32,000 nt of DNA from Clostridia bacterium (GCA_017505525.1 JAFVPB010000009.1:20765-52764), one strand, 5' to 3'. Positions 10,101 through 17,375 are shown, counted from the stretch's first letter. The notes: generated by a model not told the origin, from the letters alone. Numbers and translations are program-made.

Positions 10101-10816
10101 GCAACAGTGCTGTTCTGCATTGAAATAGCAACACCAACGCCGATAACCTGCACATCTGTTGACTTAACCTCAATTGTGGAATACATTCTCTTCCATTCGC
10201 TTTTTTCAGCCTTAGCGCCCTGAGCATCGCTGTTGGCAGCTGCTGAATATAAAAGGTTAATCGGGAAATATGCGGTTCCCGTAGCTGTTTTTGATGTATC
10301 TCCCTTCACAGCCTTATCTTCCGAAACATCAACCCCCGAGTTGGTCGCACACAAAGAAAGAGCAAATCTTGGCTCCCACTGACCGTTTGCAAGCGAGTTT
10401 CCAACCCAGTGCGGCTTGTTTGCCACAGTACCAAGCGCCATAAGCGATGTTATAAAGGTTGTGTTGCTTCCTGTAACATTAACATAAGCTGTTAAAAAGT
10501 CGTTTCCGCCTGTGTGGGAAAAGAAAAGAGATTTTTCTCCGCTGTAGGCTTCCTTTGTTTCCGCTCTGTAAGAGGGGTTATTACCGTTTTTAAAGCGGTA
10601 ATCATAAAAATTTAAAGTTTCTTCTGATTCTTTTCCGATATCAAATTTATCTTCAAAGCTGCTGTTTGCAACAAGATTCGTTTCATTACGAATCTGTTCA
10701 AACACACTAATCTGTGCCTCTTCCTCCTCTGCCATAGCGAAAGGTGCAAAAATCATCACCTGCATAACCATAGCCAAAGAAAGGATTATTGAAATTAATC
10801 TTTTTGAGTTTTTCAT
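7145..10816 (-). CDS. Cell-surface protein. Architecture: signal peptide, [CBM-like jelly-roll + Big_2-like]x2 split by an acidic linker, three ~98-aa tandem domains, a G/S/P linker, then a triple SLH anchor.
   Basis: Full ORF. Signal peptide is MKNSKRLISIILSLAMVMQVMIFAPFAMA|EE. GAGGTG RBS lies upstream. Each CBM-like module ends in the DDYY.GEL motif (YLELYTDDYYIGELMIADV; VEYYVDDYYVGELIVAKV). Each is followed by a Big_2-like module (FTYELVGEPAGASITDDVLTLT; YTWEAVSLPEGVTLEDGKLKVL). Paralogous to 12235..14640. The C-terminus carries three SLH motifs. Confidence 0.85.
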   Translation of the reverse strand: MKNSKRLISIILSLAMVMQVMIFAPFAMAEEEEAQISVFEQIRNETNLVANSSFEDKFDIGKESEETLNFYDYRFKNGNNPSYRAETKEAYSGEKSLFFSHTGGNDFLTAYVNVTGSNTTFITSLMALGTVANKPHWVGNSLANGQWEPRFALSLCATNSGVDVSEDKAVKGDTSKTATGTAYFPINLLYSAAANSDAQGAKAEKSEWKRMYSTIEVKSTDVQVIGVGVAISMQNSTVANPETGKYLELYTDDYYIGELMIADVNYTGETEVTVPANGNATVELSAEAFNQIENKAGIENTEFTYELVGEPAGASITDDVLTLTNEAEEGTIQIKITAIPDFHGADTQGEEITKYRTKIVDIAVAKAPAIDDGGNGDDDEDDDIIDDVVDEDAAYFESIRNATNRCGSGNMESKDLGDTEPWEDYFYFSPSTQRSNTYAITDKQVYNGSKSFLTHAKNSYTNESHFPGFSILKGKTLVASAMVLGTKANAEAVALKPDAQIALKFGYYVASGYFYRFEDFITSGFFEKKNPVLLSEMLDAPASTEENQQAASKNMWKMVHSAGFYPSEYVAPLGPWAYSVGVVSTGKDVEYYVDDYYVGELIVAKVKNSTPETIYLPIEREKTVELTAEAYNQLGTNDYFGDDSTYTWEAVSLPEGVTLEDGKLKVLRTATPGEAKLKVTFNPTFKGAAEQTAEQKATRTANVTLKIEKDPNAPKEPIVEDVVLSGIVSNGLSLSVDYDYYQVDGEDDASVINWYKKLPEDEDWGEPFLTGTKATAGSYTVKTEDESYYLRVGVVPTTDSTPVYTSEEVFSNEASKPTAPEARNIKIKGLQETDKEWEATFDFYDLNYGDEPDELNHKYQWYIYDEKTDEYTAIEGETTNKYTIRPEDADKYISVGIIAVSLNAPEYDLENEAFSEPRLSSATPSVSNIEIEKTSNSYITVTYDYNHPFEVAEGDTVIEWYKGNTLIGEGAKLRASNYNGDTLTVKITPIAEKKPYKGKTVEEDYKVSIKSTGGGSGSPGGSGPVFKPEKPIVVAPQPTTLKNVPDWAKAEVDFVIANKIMEPVTEDDFAGSDFIDRKEFMSVILRAAGIEKSDYRGEFGDVSSMDSFSGLLQAAVDKNIISKNDLFYPDRSLTRDEMCKIIVASITASTNAEIKAGDIAVFTDATVIQSWAKTYIADALGLGLVKGVETGAFLPKGTVTRSETAVVAKRIADFVKENGGDNK
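7148..7696 (-). other. Region encoding three tandem SLH (S-layer homology) cell-wall anchoring domains.
   Basis: These are the last 183 residues of the 1223-aa protein. SLH 1: LKNVPDWAKAEVDFVIANKIMEPVTEDDFAGSDFIDRKEFMSVILRAAGI. SLH 2: FGDVSSMDSFSGLLQAAVDKNIISKNDLFYPDRSLTRDEMCKIIVASI. SLH 3: FTDATVIQSWAKTYIADALGLGLVKGVETGAFLPKGTVTRSETAVVAKRIADFV. All fit the SLH pattern (F.DV...W....I......I..G.....F.P....TR.E.). Confidence 0.85.
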
Positions 10817-10843
10817 AAATTCACCTCTGATTGTCGCGTTATA

Positions 10844-12070
10844 TTATCGACTGAATGTATCTCCTACCTTGCACGGCAAGGTAATATCACTGTATTTTTC
10901 TGCAAAAGGCTTTCGGTAATCTCCTCTTACCTTATCGCGCTCTTCTTTATTACGGAAATCGGGTACCGTCATTTCCTTACTTTCAGAAAGAACACTGTAC
11001 CAAGCCAGTATGCCTGCTGCAGAAAGAGCTGCAGAGCGATACACATCGAAAAACGCTTCTTCTTCGCCTCGTAAATACTTTATAAAGTGAACAAATAACA
11101 ATAAATCTATTCCTCCATGGCCCGCCCCATCAATTGCTTCGGAATATTTCTTTTCTTCTTCTTCCGTAAAAGCATTGCACGAAGACCATGTGTGATTTGT
11201 TGTTTTAATCTCGTGAGTATCGGAACCAACTTCGATAAGCTTGGTTAAGCCTCCGTCGTTTCCGTCAAATCTTGGAGTTTCCATAGTGCCATATTCACTT
11301 ACAACGCGGAACCATTTACCCGTTGTTCCAACACTATTACATCCTGTAGTGTTAAAAACCGCGCCATTATCCATTTCGGTTAAAACAAATGATTTCACGC
11401 CGTTTGAAATTTTTGTGGTTGGTTGTGTATGGGCTTTCACTACCTTACCCACCACTTTTTTAGGCACTGAATTTGTTATATACATAAGCGGACCGAGTGA
11501 GTGCATATTGTAGTAAGTTGCGGGAAGCGTTTGTCTCCAGTGAAGATGATCGTAATCAACCTCAACTCCTGTGCCCGAAATAACCTCTCCCTTTGTTTTT
11601 CCGTGAACATATTCGGCATCGGCATAGCAAACCTTGCCGTATTTTTCTTCTTCAACAAGCTTTTTCATTGCGTGAACAGGCTTTATATACAAGCAGTTTG
11701 CCCCAAGCATATATTTTCCGCCCGTTCTTTCAACTGCCTCTACCAAATCAACGCATTCACCAAGGCTTGGTGCCGCAGTTGTTTCGCTAAGAACGGCAAC
11801 GCCTGCTTCAAGCGCCGCAATTGCATATTTTGTATGCTCGTGGAAATAGTTGCAAAGAATAACTGCATCTATTCCCGAATGAATAAGCTCGTCAAATGTT
11901 TCGTAAACCTTTGTTTCTTCTGTGAAAAAGCTTGTTGTATAGTCGTTAAAAACTGATTTATCGAAATCGCAAACGGCTGTTACAACTGCTTCGTCAGGAA
12001 GAAGCTTTGCAGCATTAAGAGCAAAACATCCTCTGATTAAACCAAAAACTCCAAGTTTTATTCTTTCCAT
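10844..12070 (-). CDS. Gfo/Idh/MocA-family NAD(P)-dependent oxidoreductase (cytoplasmic).
   Basis: Full ORF of 408 aa with no signal peptide. N-terminal Rossmann pattern: IKLGVFGLIRG...VVTAVCDFD...YETFDELIHSGIDAVILCNYFHEHTKYAIAALEAGVAVLSETT. This matches the GFO_IDH_MocA layout, with ETT where EKP is usual. Weak AAGGA RBS. Confidence 0.75.
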   Translation of the reverse strand: MERIKLGVFGLIRGCFALNAAKLLPDEAVVTAVCDFDKSVFNDYTTSFFTEETKVYETFDELIHSGIDAVILCNYFHEHTKYAIAALEAGVAVLSETTAAPSLGECVDLVEAVERTGGKYMLGANCLYIKPVHAMKKLVEEEKYGKVCYADAEYVHGKTKGEVISGTGVEVDYDHLHWRQTLPATYYNMHSLGPLMYITNSVPKKVVGKVVKAHTQPTTKISNGVKSFVLTEMDNGAVFNTTGCNSVGTTGKWFRVVSEYGTMETPRFDGNDGGLTKLIEVGSDTHEIKTTNHTWSSCNAFTEEEEKKYSEAIDGAGHGGIDLLLFVHFIKYLRGEEEAFFDVYRSAALSAAGILAWYSVLSESKEMTVPDFRNKEERDKVRGDYRKPFAEKYSDITLPCKVGDTFSR

Positions 12071-12142
12071 GTTCTAACATCCTTTTTTCTTTCCTAAACA
12101 TGTTTACGTCGATGCGTTAATGCACCTGAAATGTGTGTTTGC

Positions 12143-12214
12143 GGAAAGGGCAAGCCCTTTCCCTACGTTATTTTATTGTATCGTTCCGTTTCGGGAGGGC
12201 ACAGAGACCCTCCC
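12143..12214. repeat. Two tandem, related GC-rich hairpin elements sharing a CCTACGTT + T-rich 3' flank on the plus strand.
   Basis: Hairpin 1: GGAAAGGGC (12143-12151) / GCCCTTTCC (12154-12162). Hairpin 2: GGGAGGG (12193-12199) / CCCTCCC (12208-12214). They are followed by CTACGTTATTTTATTG and CTACGTTTTAATTG respectively, and both are preceded by TTT(G)C. The two copies are spaced ~50 nt apart. Confidence 0.7.
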
Positions 12215-12234
12215 CTACGTTTTAATTGTGTTTA

Positions 12235-14631
12235 TTACTGCGGATAAACCACTGCATTGATAACGTTCTTCATTGGGTTGTTTTCATACCACATGAAGCA
12301 CTTGATTTCGTAATTGTAGTCAGGAGCTGTGATTGCTGTGAACTCAACGTTTTCTCCACCTGCAACAACGTCTTTTGCTTCAACGCCCATTAATTTCTTA
12401 GCGCCGCCTTCAAGAACCTTGTAAAGTGCGCAGTATGCCTTTGCATCAGCATCGAGAGTACCAACAACTGCTGTTGCTGTGATGCTTCCTTCAGCTTCTG
12501 TAAATTTGAAACCTGGATTTTCAACGATATCGATAACAACTGTTGTTGTTCTTCTTGCTAACACATTTGGATCTGTCTGGTTACTTGCACCTATGAATGT
12601 TGGGTTAAATGTTACGTTAAGAATAGCTTTACCTGCTTCTGCATCTTCTGCAATTATAAGTTTATTGTTTTCACTATCAAGTGTTACGCCTGCAGGAAGC
12701 GTTGTTCCTTCAGCTATACTCCATGTGTATGTTGATGCTGTTTCCCCATCAAAGTATTCTGTGTTTCCAAGCTGGTTATAAGCTGTAGCCTTAAGATCGA
12801 TTTCATCAACTTCACCAATCTTTGCTAATGTGTCTGTTGCGCTTTCAACCTTTGCAACTACAAGTTCACCCAAGTAGTAATCATCAACATAGTATTCAAC
12901 ATCAACGCCTGTAGTATATACACCTGTACCAAAATACCATGGTCCCGTTGAAAGAGTTAAGTCAGCCGGCCAGTAGCCTGTTGCATGAACCATCTTCCAG
13001 TCTGAAGCATCTGCTTTTGGCTGATTCTCTTCAGTTGAAGCTGGGGCATCAAGCATTGTGTTTAAAAGAACTGTGCTATTTCTTTGTGTTGATGTTTTTG
13101 CATTTGAGTCACCAAACGACCACATATAACCTGTAACATAATATCCAATTTTCATTCCTACGCTTGCATCAGGATTTGCTTCTACTGCTGCTGTATTGGC
13201 TGCTGTTCCAAGTACCATAGCAGAGCTTACAAGCGTTGTACCTTTCTTTACTGAACCTGTCATAGCGAAAGCTTCGCCTGAATATGAACCTTCCGGAGCA
13301 GTTACAAAATTGGATTTGCTTCCTGAATATGCCTGTTTATCTGAAACTGTGTTGGTGTTTACTTTTTTCCATCCATCAAAGAACTTGAAATTATCCTGTT
13401 TAGTACCAGATGTTGTGCTTCCGAGACTATATCCTACCTCGAAATTTTCTAATCCTGTTGTTGTGTTTACTCCGCTAAGAATATTTGAAGTGCTACGTAA
13501 GCTTGCATATAAATCTGCATCTGCTCCCTTAACAACTGTTAAATTAAATTCTTTTGTTCTGTAGGATACATCAACACCTGCTTCTTCCTGTGTATCTGCA
13601 CCTTTGAATTTGGGTTCTGCTGTAACCTTAACTGTAAGGTTTCCTGCCTGTGCGCTATTTGTTACTGTTAATTTGTTATCAATGATATATGCACCTGCAG
13701 AATCACCAACAAGCTCGTATGTATATTCTGCATCTTCAAGACCTGCGGTGTTTTCAATCTGGTTGTATGCCTGAGCGTCAAGCTCAACTGTTACGCTGCC
13801 ACCAGATGGTACATTAATTGTTTTTTCATTTTCGAGCTTGATATCTGCAACCATAAGCTCACCGAAATAATAGTCATCTGAATAAAATTCAACATAGTTT
13901 TTATCAGGATTTGCAGCACTGTCATAGCCGTATGTCTGTAAGCTTGAACCAACACCTACTGCAAAAACCTGTACTTCCTGTGATGTTTCTTTAAATTCAA
14001 ATGTATTGTATACACGTTTCCAATTTTCACGAGAAGACTTTTCTCCATCTTCATCATTGCTTGCTGCCGCTGTTAAAAAGTCAACAACGTTTATATATGT
14101 TTCATTCTTCTTAGTTGCTCCAACTTCGAATTCATTTACATCATTAACTCCAGCGCCGCCATCTTTAATAGCATTAATGTATACACTGAATCTTGGTGAA
14201 TATGTTGCATCAGAAGCTAAGGTGTTTCCTGTAACATGATTTCTGTTGGCCTCTGTTCCAAGAATCATAGCTGAAAAGATATATGTTGCGCCCCTTCTTC
14301 CGCCATCATATCCGGCAACATAGTTACCATTACCTGACTTTTTAGAAACAAGAAGAGACTTGTTTCCGCTATATGATTCTTTAGTAGATATTGATACTTC
14401 CATCGGGTTAGCACCCATATCATATCTATAACCAAAGTTATAGTTTGTTTTGTCAGTAACAAAATCGTCAGCTTCAAAATCACCATTATTAATCTTATTT
14501 GTAGCCTTACGAATCGTTTCATAGACTGTAAGCTCTGCTTCGCCTTCTTCTCCAGTTGCCATAACCGGAGCTACTGCGATAAGGGAAAGTGCCAGGGTAA
14601 GTGCTGTTAACAATGCGAGTAGTTTTTTCAT
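12235..14631 (-). CDS. Secreted [CBM-like jelly-roll + Big_2-like]x2 protein without an SLH anchor; paralog of the 1223-aa SLH protein.
   Basis: ORF 12235..14640. I prefer the ATG at 14631 (MKKLLALLTALTLALSLIAVAPVMA|TG) because GGAGA then sits 9 nt upstream; it abuts the ATG at 14640. Long collinear similarity to 7145..10816. Examples: LTVYETIRKATNKINNGDFE vs ISVFEQIRNETNLVANSSFE; YVEFYSDDYYFGELMVADI vs YLELYTDDYYIGELMIADV; VELDAQAYNQIENTAGLEDAEYTYELVGDSAGAYI vs VELSAEAFNQIENKAGIENTEFTYELVGEPAGASI. Confidence 0.85.
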   Translation of the reverse strand: MKKLLALLTALTLALSLIAVAPVMATGEEGEAELTVYETIRKATNKINNGDFEADDFVTDKTNYNFGYRYDMGANPMEVSISTKESYSGNKSLLVSKKSGNGNYVAGYDGGRRGATYIFSAMILGTEANRNHVTGNTLASDATYSPRFSVYINAIKDGGAGVNDVNEFEVGATKKNETYINVVDFLTAAASNDEDGEKSSRENWKRVYNTFEFKETSQEVQVFAVGVGSSLQTYGYDSAANPDKNYVEFYSDDYYFGELMVADIKLENEKTINVPSGGSVTVELDAQAYNQIENTAGLEDAEYTYELVGDSAGAYIIDNKLTVTNSAQAGNLTVKVTAEPKFKGADTQEEAGVDVSYRTKEFNLTVVKGADADLYASLRSTSNILSGVNTTTGLENFEVGYSLGSTTSGTKQDNFKFFDGWKKVNTNTVSDKQAYSGSKSNFVTAPEGSYSGEAFAMTGSVKKGTTLVSSAMVLGTAANTAAVEANPDASVGMKIGYYVTGYMWSFGDSNAKTSTQRNSTVLLNTMLDAPASTEENQPKADASDWKMVHATGYWPADLTLSTGPWYFGTGVYTTGVDVEYYVDDYYLGELVVAKVESATDTLAKIGEVDEIDLKATAYNQLGNTEYFDGETASTYTWSIAEGTTLPAGVTLDSENNKLIIAEDAEAGKAILNVTFNPTFIGASNQTDPNVLARRTTTVVIDIVENPGFKFTEAEGSITATAVVGTLDADAKAYCALYKVLEGGAKKLMGVEAKDVVAGGENVEFTAITAPDYNYEIKCFMWYENNPMKNVINAVVYPQ

Positions 14632-14670
14632 TGTTTTCATTCTCCTAACATTTAAAATTTTTAATATATA

Positions 14671-17301
14671 TTAATGAATAGTGAGGTATTCGTGAAGATA
14701 ATCGATGATTTCAGCATCGCTTGTTTCACTGAATAGCTCTGCACTATTGCTAACCACTATAAGACCTGTGTCGAACCAGTAAACCTGTTTTCCTAAAAGC
14801 TCTGCCACGTCGCGAAGCGGGATAAGTGTTCTTCCTGAGTTAACCTTTGCTTCTTTGCTAAGTGTTACTGCTTCGCCGTTTTTCTTGGCGTTTAAGGAAT
14901 CTACTGTAAGCTCGAGTGTGTCGCTTCCGTTTAATATTGTGATAGTTCTTGTTTCCTTATTATAATCAACTGTTGCACCGAATGCTTCAGACAAGAATCT
15001 TAAAGGAACCATTGTGTAGTTATCATCGATATATGGAACAACTGATATGTTTTCACTATCAATCTTCATATCCTTATCCATTGAACGAGCATAGGGGCTT
15101 CCAATCTGAAGAACAACAGAATCCTTAACGCGGGCAAGTGCCCTGTCGCTATAACGTCCCATTCTTGTGAAAGGAACGAAATTGAAGCCTGTGATTTCGT
15201 TGTATGCATCTGCATCATCATTTAACAGGAAGTTTTTATTTTCCATACTAACGAAACCAGGATCTGATTCTGTTACAAAGTTATTCTCCATTGTAAGATA
15301 CAGTTCTGAACCACCGAGCATTTTTGTTCCCTTACCATTAACAATAAGATTGTTCTTCATCAAGTTATTCAAAGGAAGCATTGACTGCTCTGTTGGTCCG
15401 TAAAGCTGAGGAAGAAGTTCAGGATAACGTTCTGTCCACACTTCGTTTTTCCAAGGTTCTGATGCTTTATCCTCCCACGGATATTTTTCAAACCTTGTTT
15501 TCATTCCATCGTGCATGTAGCCATATCCCTGCTGAAGAAGGTTACAGATATAAACTGCACCCTCGGGAACATCAACAACGATATTATTAAATACGTTACA
15601 ATCCTGGCCGCCGTTTATCCAGAATGCTGTTCCTGCAACGTTATAAACAACGTTACCCATCATAGTAACATCACTCTGTGCACCATCAAGATATACTGCT
15701 GAACGACCAACGCTGTGGCCTGTGCTCGATTTAATATCGTGCAGGTAGTTGTAGCGAATCTGAAGACCGCGTCCGCACCAGGTTTGTCCGCCGTAGATTG
15801 CGCCCGAGTCGTCGCCCTCCTGAATAACATCGTATACTTCGTTATATTCTACAATGTTTTCGTTACCTGAGAATGATATAGCCAAATGCGGCGCATCGTG
15901 AATTTCGTTATGTCTTGCGATGTTACCTACGCGGCCTACTGCCACGCCTGATTTATAGGTCTTATTAATACGAGAGAAACGTTCAACGTGATTGTTCTCA
16001 GCTATACAGTTACCTGGAGTAAGGTCGTCATATATACCTGATGAGAGGCTTATACCACCGTTTGTATCGTGAACATAACAGCTTTTAATCACACAATCTC
16101 TTGCGTTCTTTTCTGTTTTAATAGGCGAATCTGCTGAAAGTTCAACCTCACAGTTGATAACGTTTATATTCTGACCATCGATATAAAATGCACCCTTACG
16201 CATTGCTGTGAATTTCATATCTTTAAAATCGATATAAGAAGCACCGTTTTCAACATTTACAAGATATTCTTCAAGAAGAGATAACGAAATACTCTTAATC
16301 TTGCTCATATCCTTTGGAGGATATATATAAAGAACTCCTGTTGTTCTGTCGATATAATATTCACCGGGGATATCGATTTCTTCCAATAAGTTATATATGT
16401 AGTATCTCTGCCCCGGTCTTGTTCCGTAAAGAGAAGCACGGTCTGTTACAATTGTTTTCTTTACAGGGTCGACCTTTTCTACAAACATACTCTGGTCTGC
16501 CCAATCGTACCACCAGAAACCAAACAAACATGCATCGGGAGCTGTTGTCCAACCTGCAAGTCTTTCGTCGCTTATTTTTATTTCTATATTCGACCAGATA
16601 TCGCCTTTTCCTCTTCCGTCGGGAAGACCATCACTTGAATATCCATCGAACACAACCTCTTCAACAAGCGAATAGCTTGAGTTTGGATAACGTGCAACCG
16701 TCATTGCTTCACTATCGACAAAAAGCTCAATCGAATATGATGCAGGTGGCGGATCCAACGGACCATCCCAAAGATATGAGTATGCACCGTTGAGATAAAC
16801 ATCTCCAAGGTTGTTAAAGCCAAGAGCTTTAAGATTTACCGAATAAATCTGAGTGCGTGCACCTTCGTCGATAACTCTTGAAAGAATGCTTTGATCTGTT
16901 ACGGGCTTAAAAGCCGCAGGATCGATTGCAGCACCACCAACGAATGTTGCTGTTTCATCAGGATATGAACGGTAAACGATAGGTGCTTCCGCCGTTCCTG
17001 AATCCTCTGCAGAGAATTTAATCCCTTTGTCAACCGGATAATTACCTTCTCTGAAATAAACTACTGCTCCTTTTTTGCCGAGTGCACCGCTTGATTTGAT
17101 TTCCCTGAGTTTCAGCCTTGCACCGTCCATTGATTTAAGTGGTGCATCAATTGTTCCCGCGGCATCGTCGCTACCATCTGTTGCTACATAAAGATATGTA
17201 TACGCAGGGTCTGTCATAGCGAACGAACTTAACGGCAGCACGCTTAAAAGCATACCTACCAATGTGAGCATCACTAGAATCTTCTTTCGCAAAAAAATCA
17301 T
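14671..17301 (-). CDS. Secreted right-handed beta-helix (pectate-lyase-fold) protein with a C-terminal copper-amine-oxidase-N-terminal-like (stalk) domain.
   Basis: Full ORF of 876 aa. AGGAG directly abuts ATG 17301, so TTG 17292 (9-nt spacing, giving (M)RKKILVMLTLVGMLLSVLPLSSFA|MT) may be the real start. The N-terminal region reads YLYVATDGSDDAAGTIDAPLKSMDGA...GAVVYFREGNY, typical of pectate-lyase-superfamily proteins. Beta-helix repeats are present (CYVHDTNGG, ENNHVERFSRI, HNEIHDAPHLAISFSGN, YNEVYDVIQEGDDSGAIYGG, YNYLHDI). The last ~125 aa (about 14671-15048) read VVPYIDDNYTMVPLRFLSEAFGATVDYNKETRTITI...GRTLIPLRDVAELLG, which is Cu_amine_oxidN1-like. Confidence 0.85.
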   Translation of the reverse strand: MIFLRKKILVMLTLVGMLLSVLPLSSFAMTDPAYTYLYVATDGSDDAAGTIDAPLKSMDGARLKLREIKSSGALGKKGAVVYFREGNYPVDKGIKFSAEDSGTAEAPIVYRSYPDETATFVGGAAIDPAAFKPVTDQSILSRVIDEGARTQIYSVNLKALGFNNLGDVYLNGAYSYLWDGPLDPPPASYSIELFVDSEAMTVARYPNSSYSLVEEVVFDGYSSDGLPDGRGKGDIWSNIEIKISDERLAGWTTAPDACLFGFWWYDWADQSMFVEKVDPVKKTIVTDRASLYGTRPGQRYYIYNLLEEIDIPGEYYIDRTTGVLYIYPPKDMSKIKSISLSLLEEYLVNVENGASYIDFKDMKFTAMRKGAFYIDGQNINVINCEVELSADSPIKTEKNARDCVIKSCYVHDTNGGISLSSGIYDDLTPGNCIAENNHVERFSRINKTYKSGVAVGRVGNIARHNEIHDAPHLAISFSGNENIVEYNEVYDVIQEGDDSGAIYGGQTWCGRGLQIRYNYLHDIKSSTGHSVGRSAVYLDGAQSDVTMMGNVVYNVAGTAFWINGGQDCNVFNNIVVDVPEGAVYICNLLQQGYGYMHDGMKTRFEKYPWEDKASEPWKNEVWTERYPELLPQLYGPTEQSMLPLNNLMKNNLIVNGKGTKMLGGSELYLTMENNFVTESDPGFVSMENKNFLLNDDADAYNEITGFNFVPFTRMGRYSDRALARVKDSVVLQIGSPYARSMDKDMKIDSENISVVPYIDDNYTMVPLRFLSEAFGATVDYNKETRTITILNGSDTLELTVDSLNAKKNGEAVTLSKEAKVNSGRTLIPLRDVAELLGKQVYWFDTGLIVVSNSAELFSETSDAEIIDYLHEYLTIH

Positions 17302-17351
17302 CTCCTTTTTTATATTATATGTTAATTTTAATTATATTTTATAATAGACAT

Positions 17352-17367
17352 TTTAATGTACATTAAA
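17352..17367. promoter_or_regulatory. Perfect 16-bp palindrome TTTAATGTACATTAAA; candidate operator at the promoter of the minus-strand surface-protein operon.
   Basis: The sequence is self-complementary over 17352-17367 and centred on TGTACA. It directly abuts a minus-strand extended -10, about 50-65 nt upstream of the beta-helix gene start. Confidence 0.4.
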
Positions 17368-17375
17368 TTATATCA
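17367..17375 (-). promoter_or_regulatory. Candidate extended -10 promoter element (TGATATAAT) for the minus-strand operon.
   Basis: The reverse complement of 17367-17375 is TGATATAAT (TGnTATAAT consensus). There is no good -35; the upstream sequence is T/A tracts. Other TATAAT-like hexamers exist closer to the RBS, so the assignment is tentative. Confidence 0.35.

Noticed and set aside
11501-11956. 151-aa plus-strand ORF, together with similar antisense ORFs at 13196-13564, 16314-16793, 28943-29317, 29170-29532 and 29483-29878.
   Set aside because: All lie entirely inside, and antisense to, long ORFs with strong family signatures. They have low-complexity or odd composition, no RBS and no recognisable motifs. 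They are typical shadow ORFs of AT-rich coding DNA.
12143-12214. The two hairpins as ordinary intrinsic terminators of the 801-aa gene.
   Set aside because: On the minus (sense) strand neither stem is followed by a U-tract. The T-rich tails are on the opposite strand. I kept them as a finding with alternative explanations instead.
7145-14640. Periodic similarity between and within the large surface genes as a possible DNA-level repeat array, CRISPR or recent duplication.
   Set aside because: The similarity is at the protein-domain level with diverged nucleotides. There are no short identical direct repeats with unique spacers, and no cas genes.
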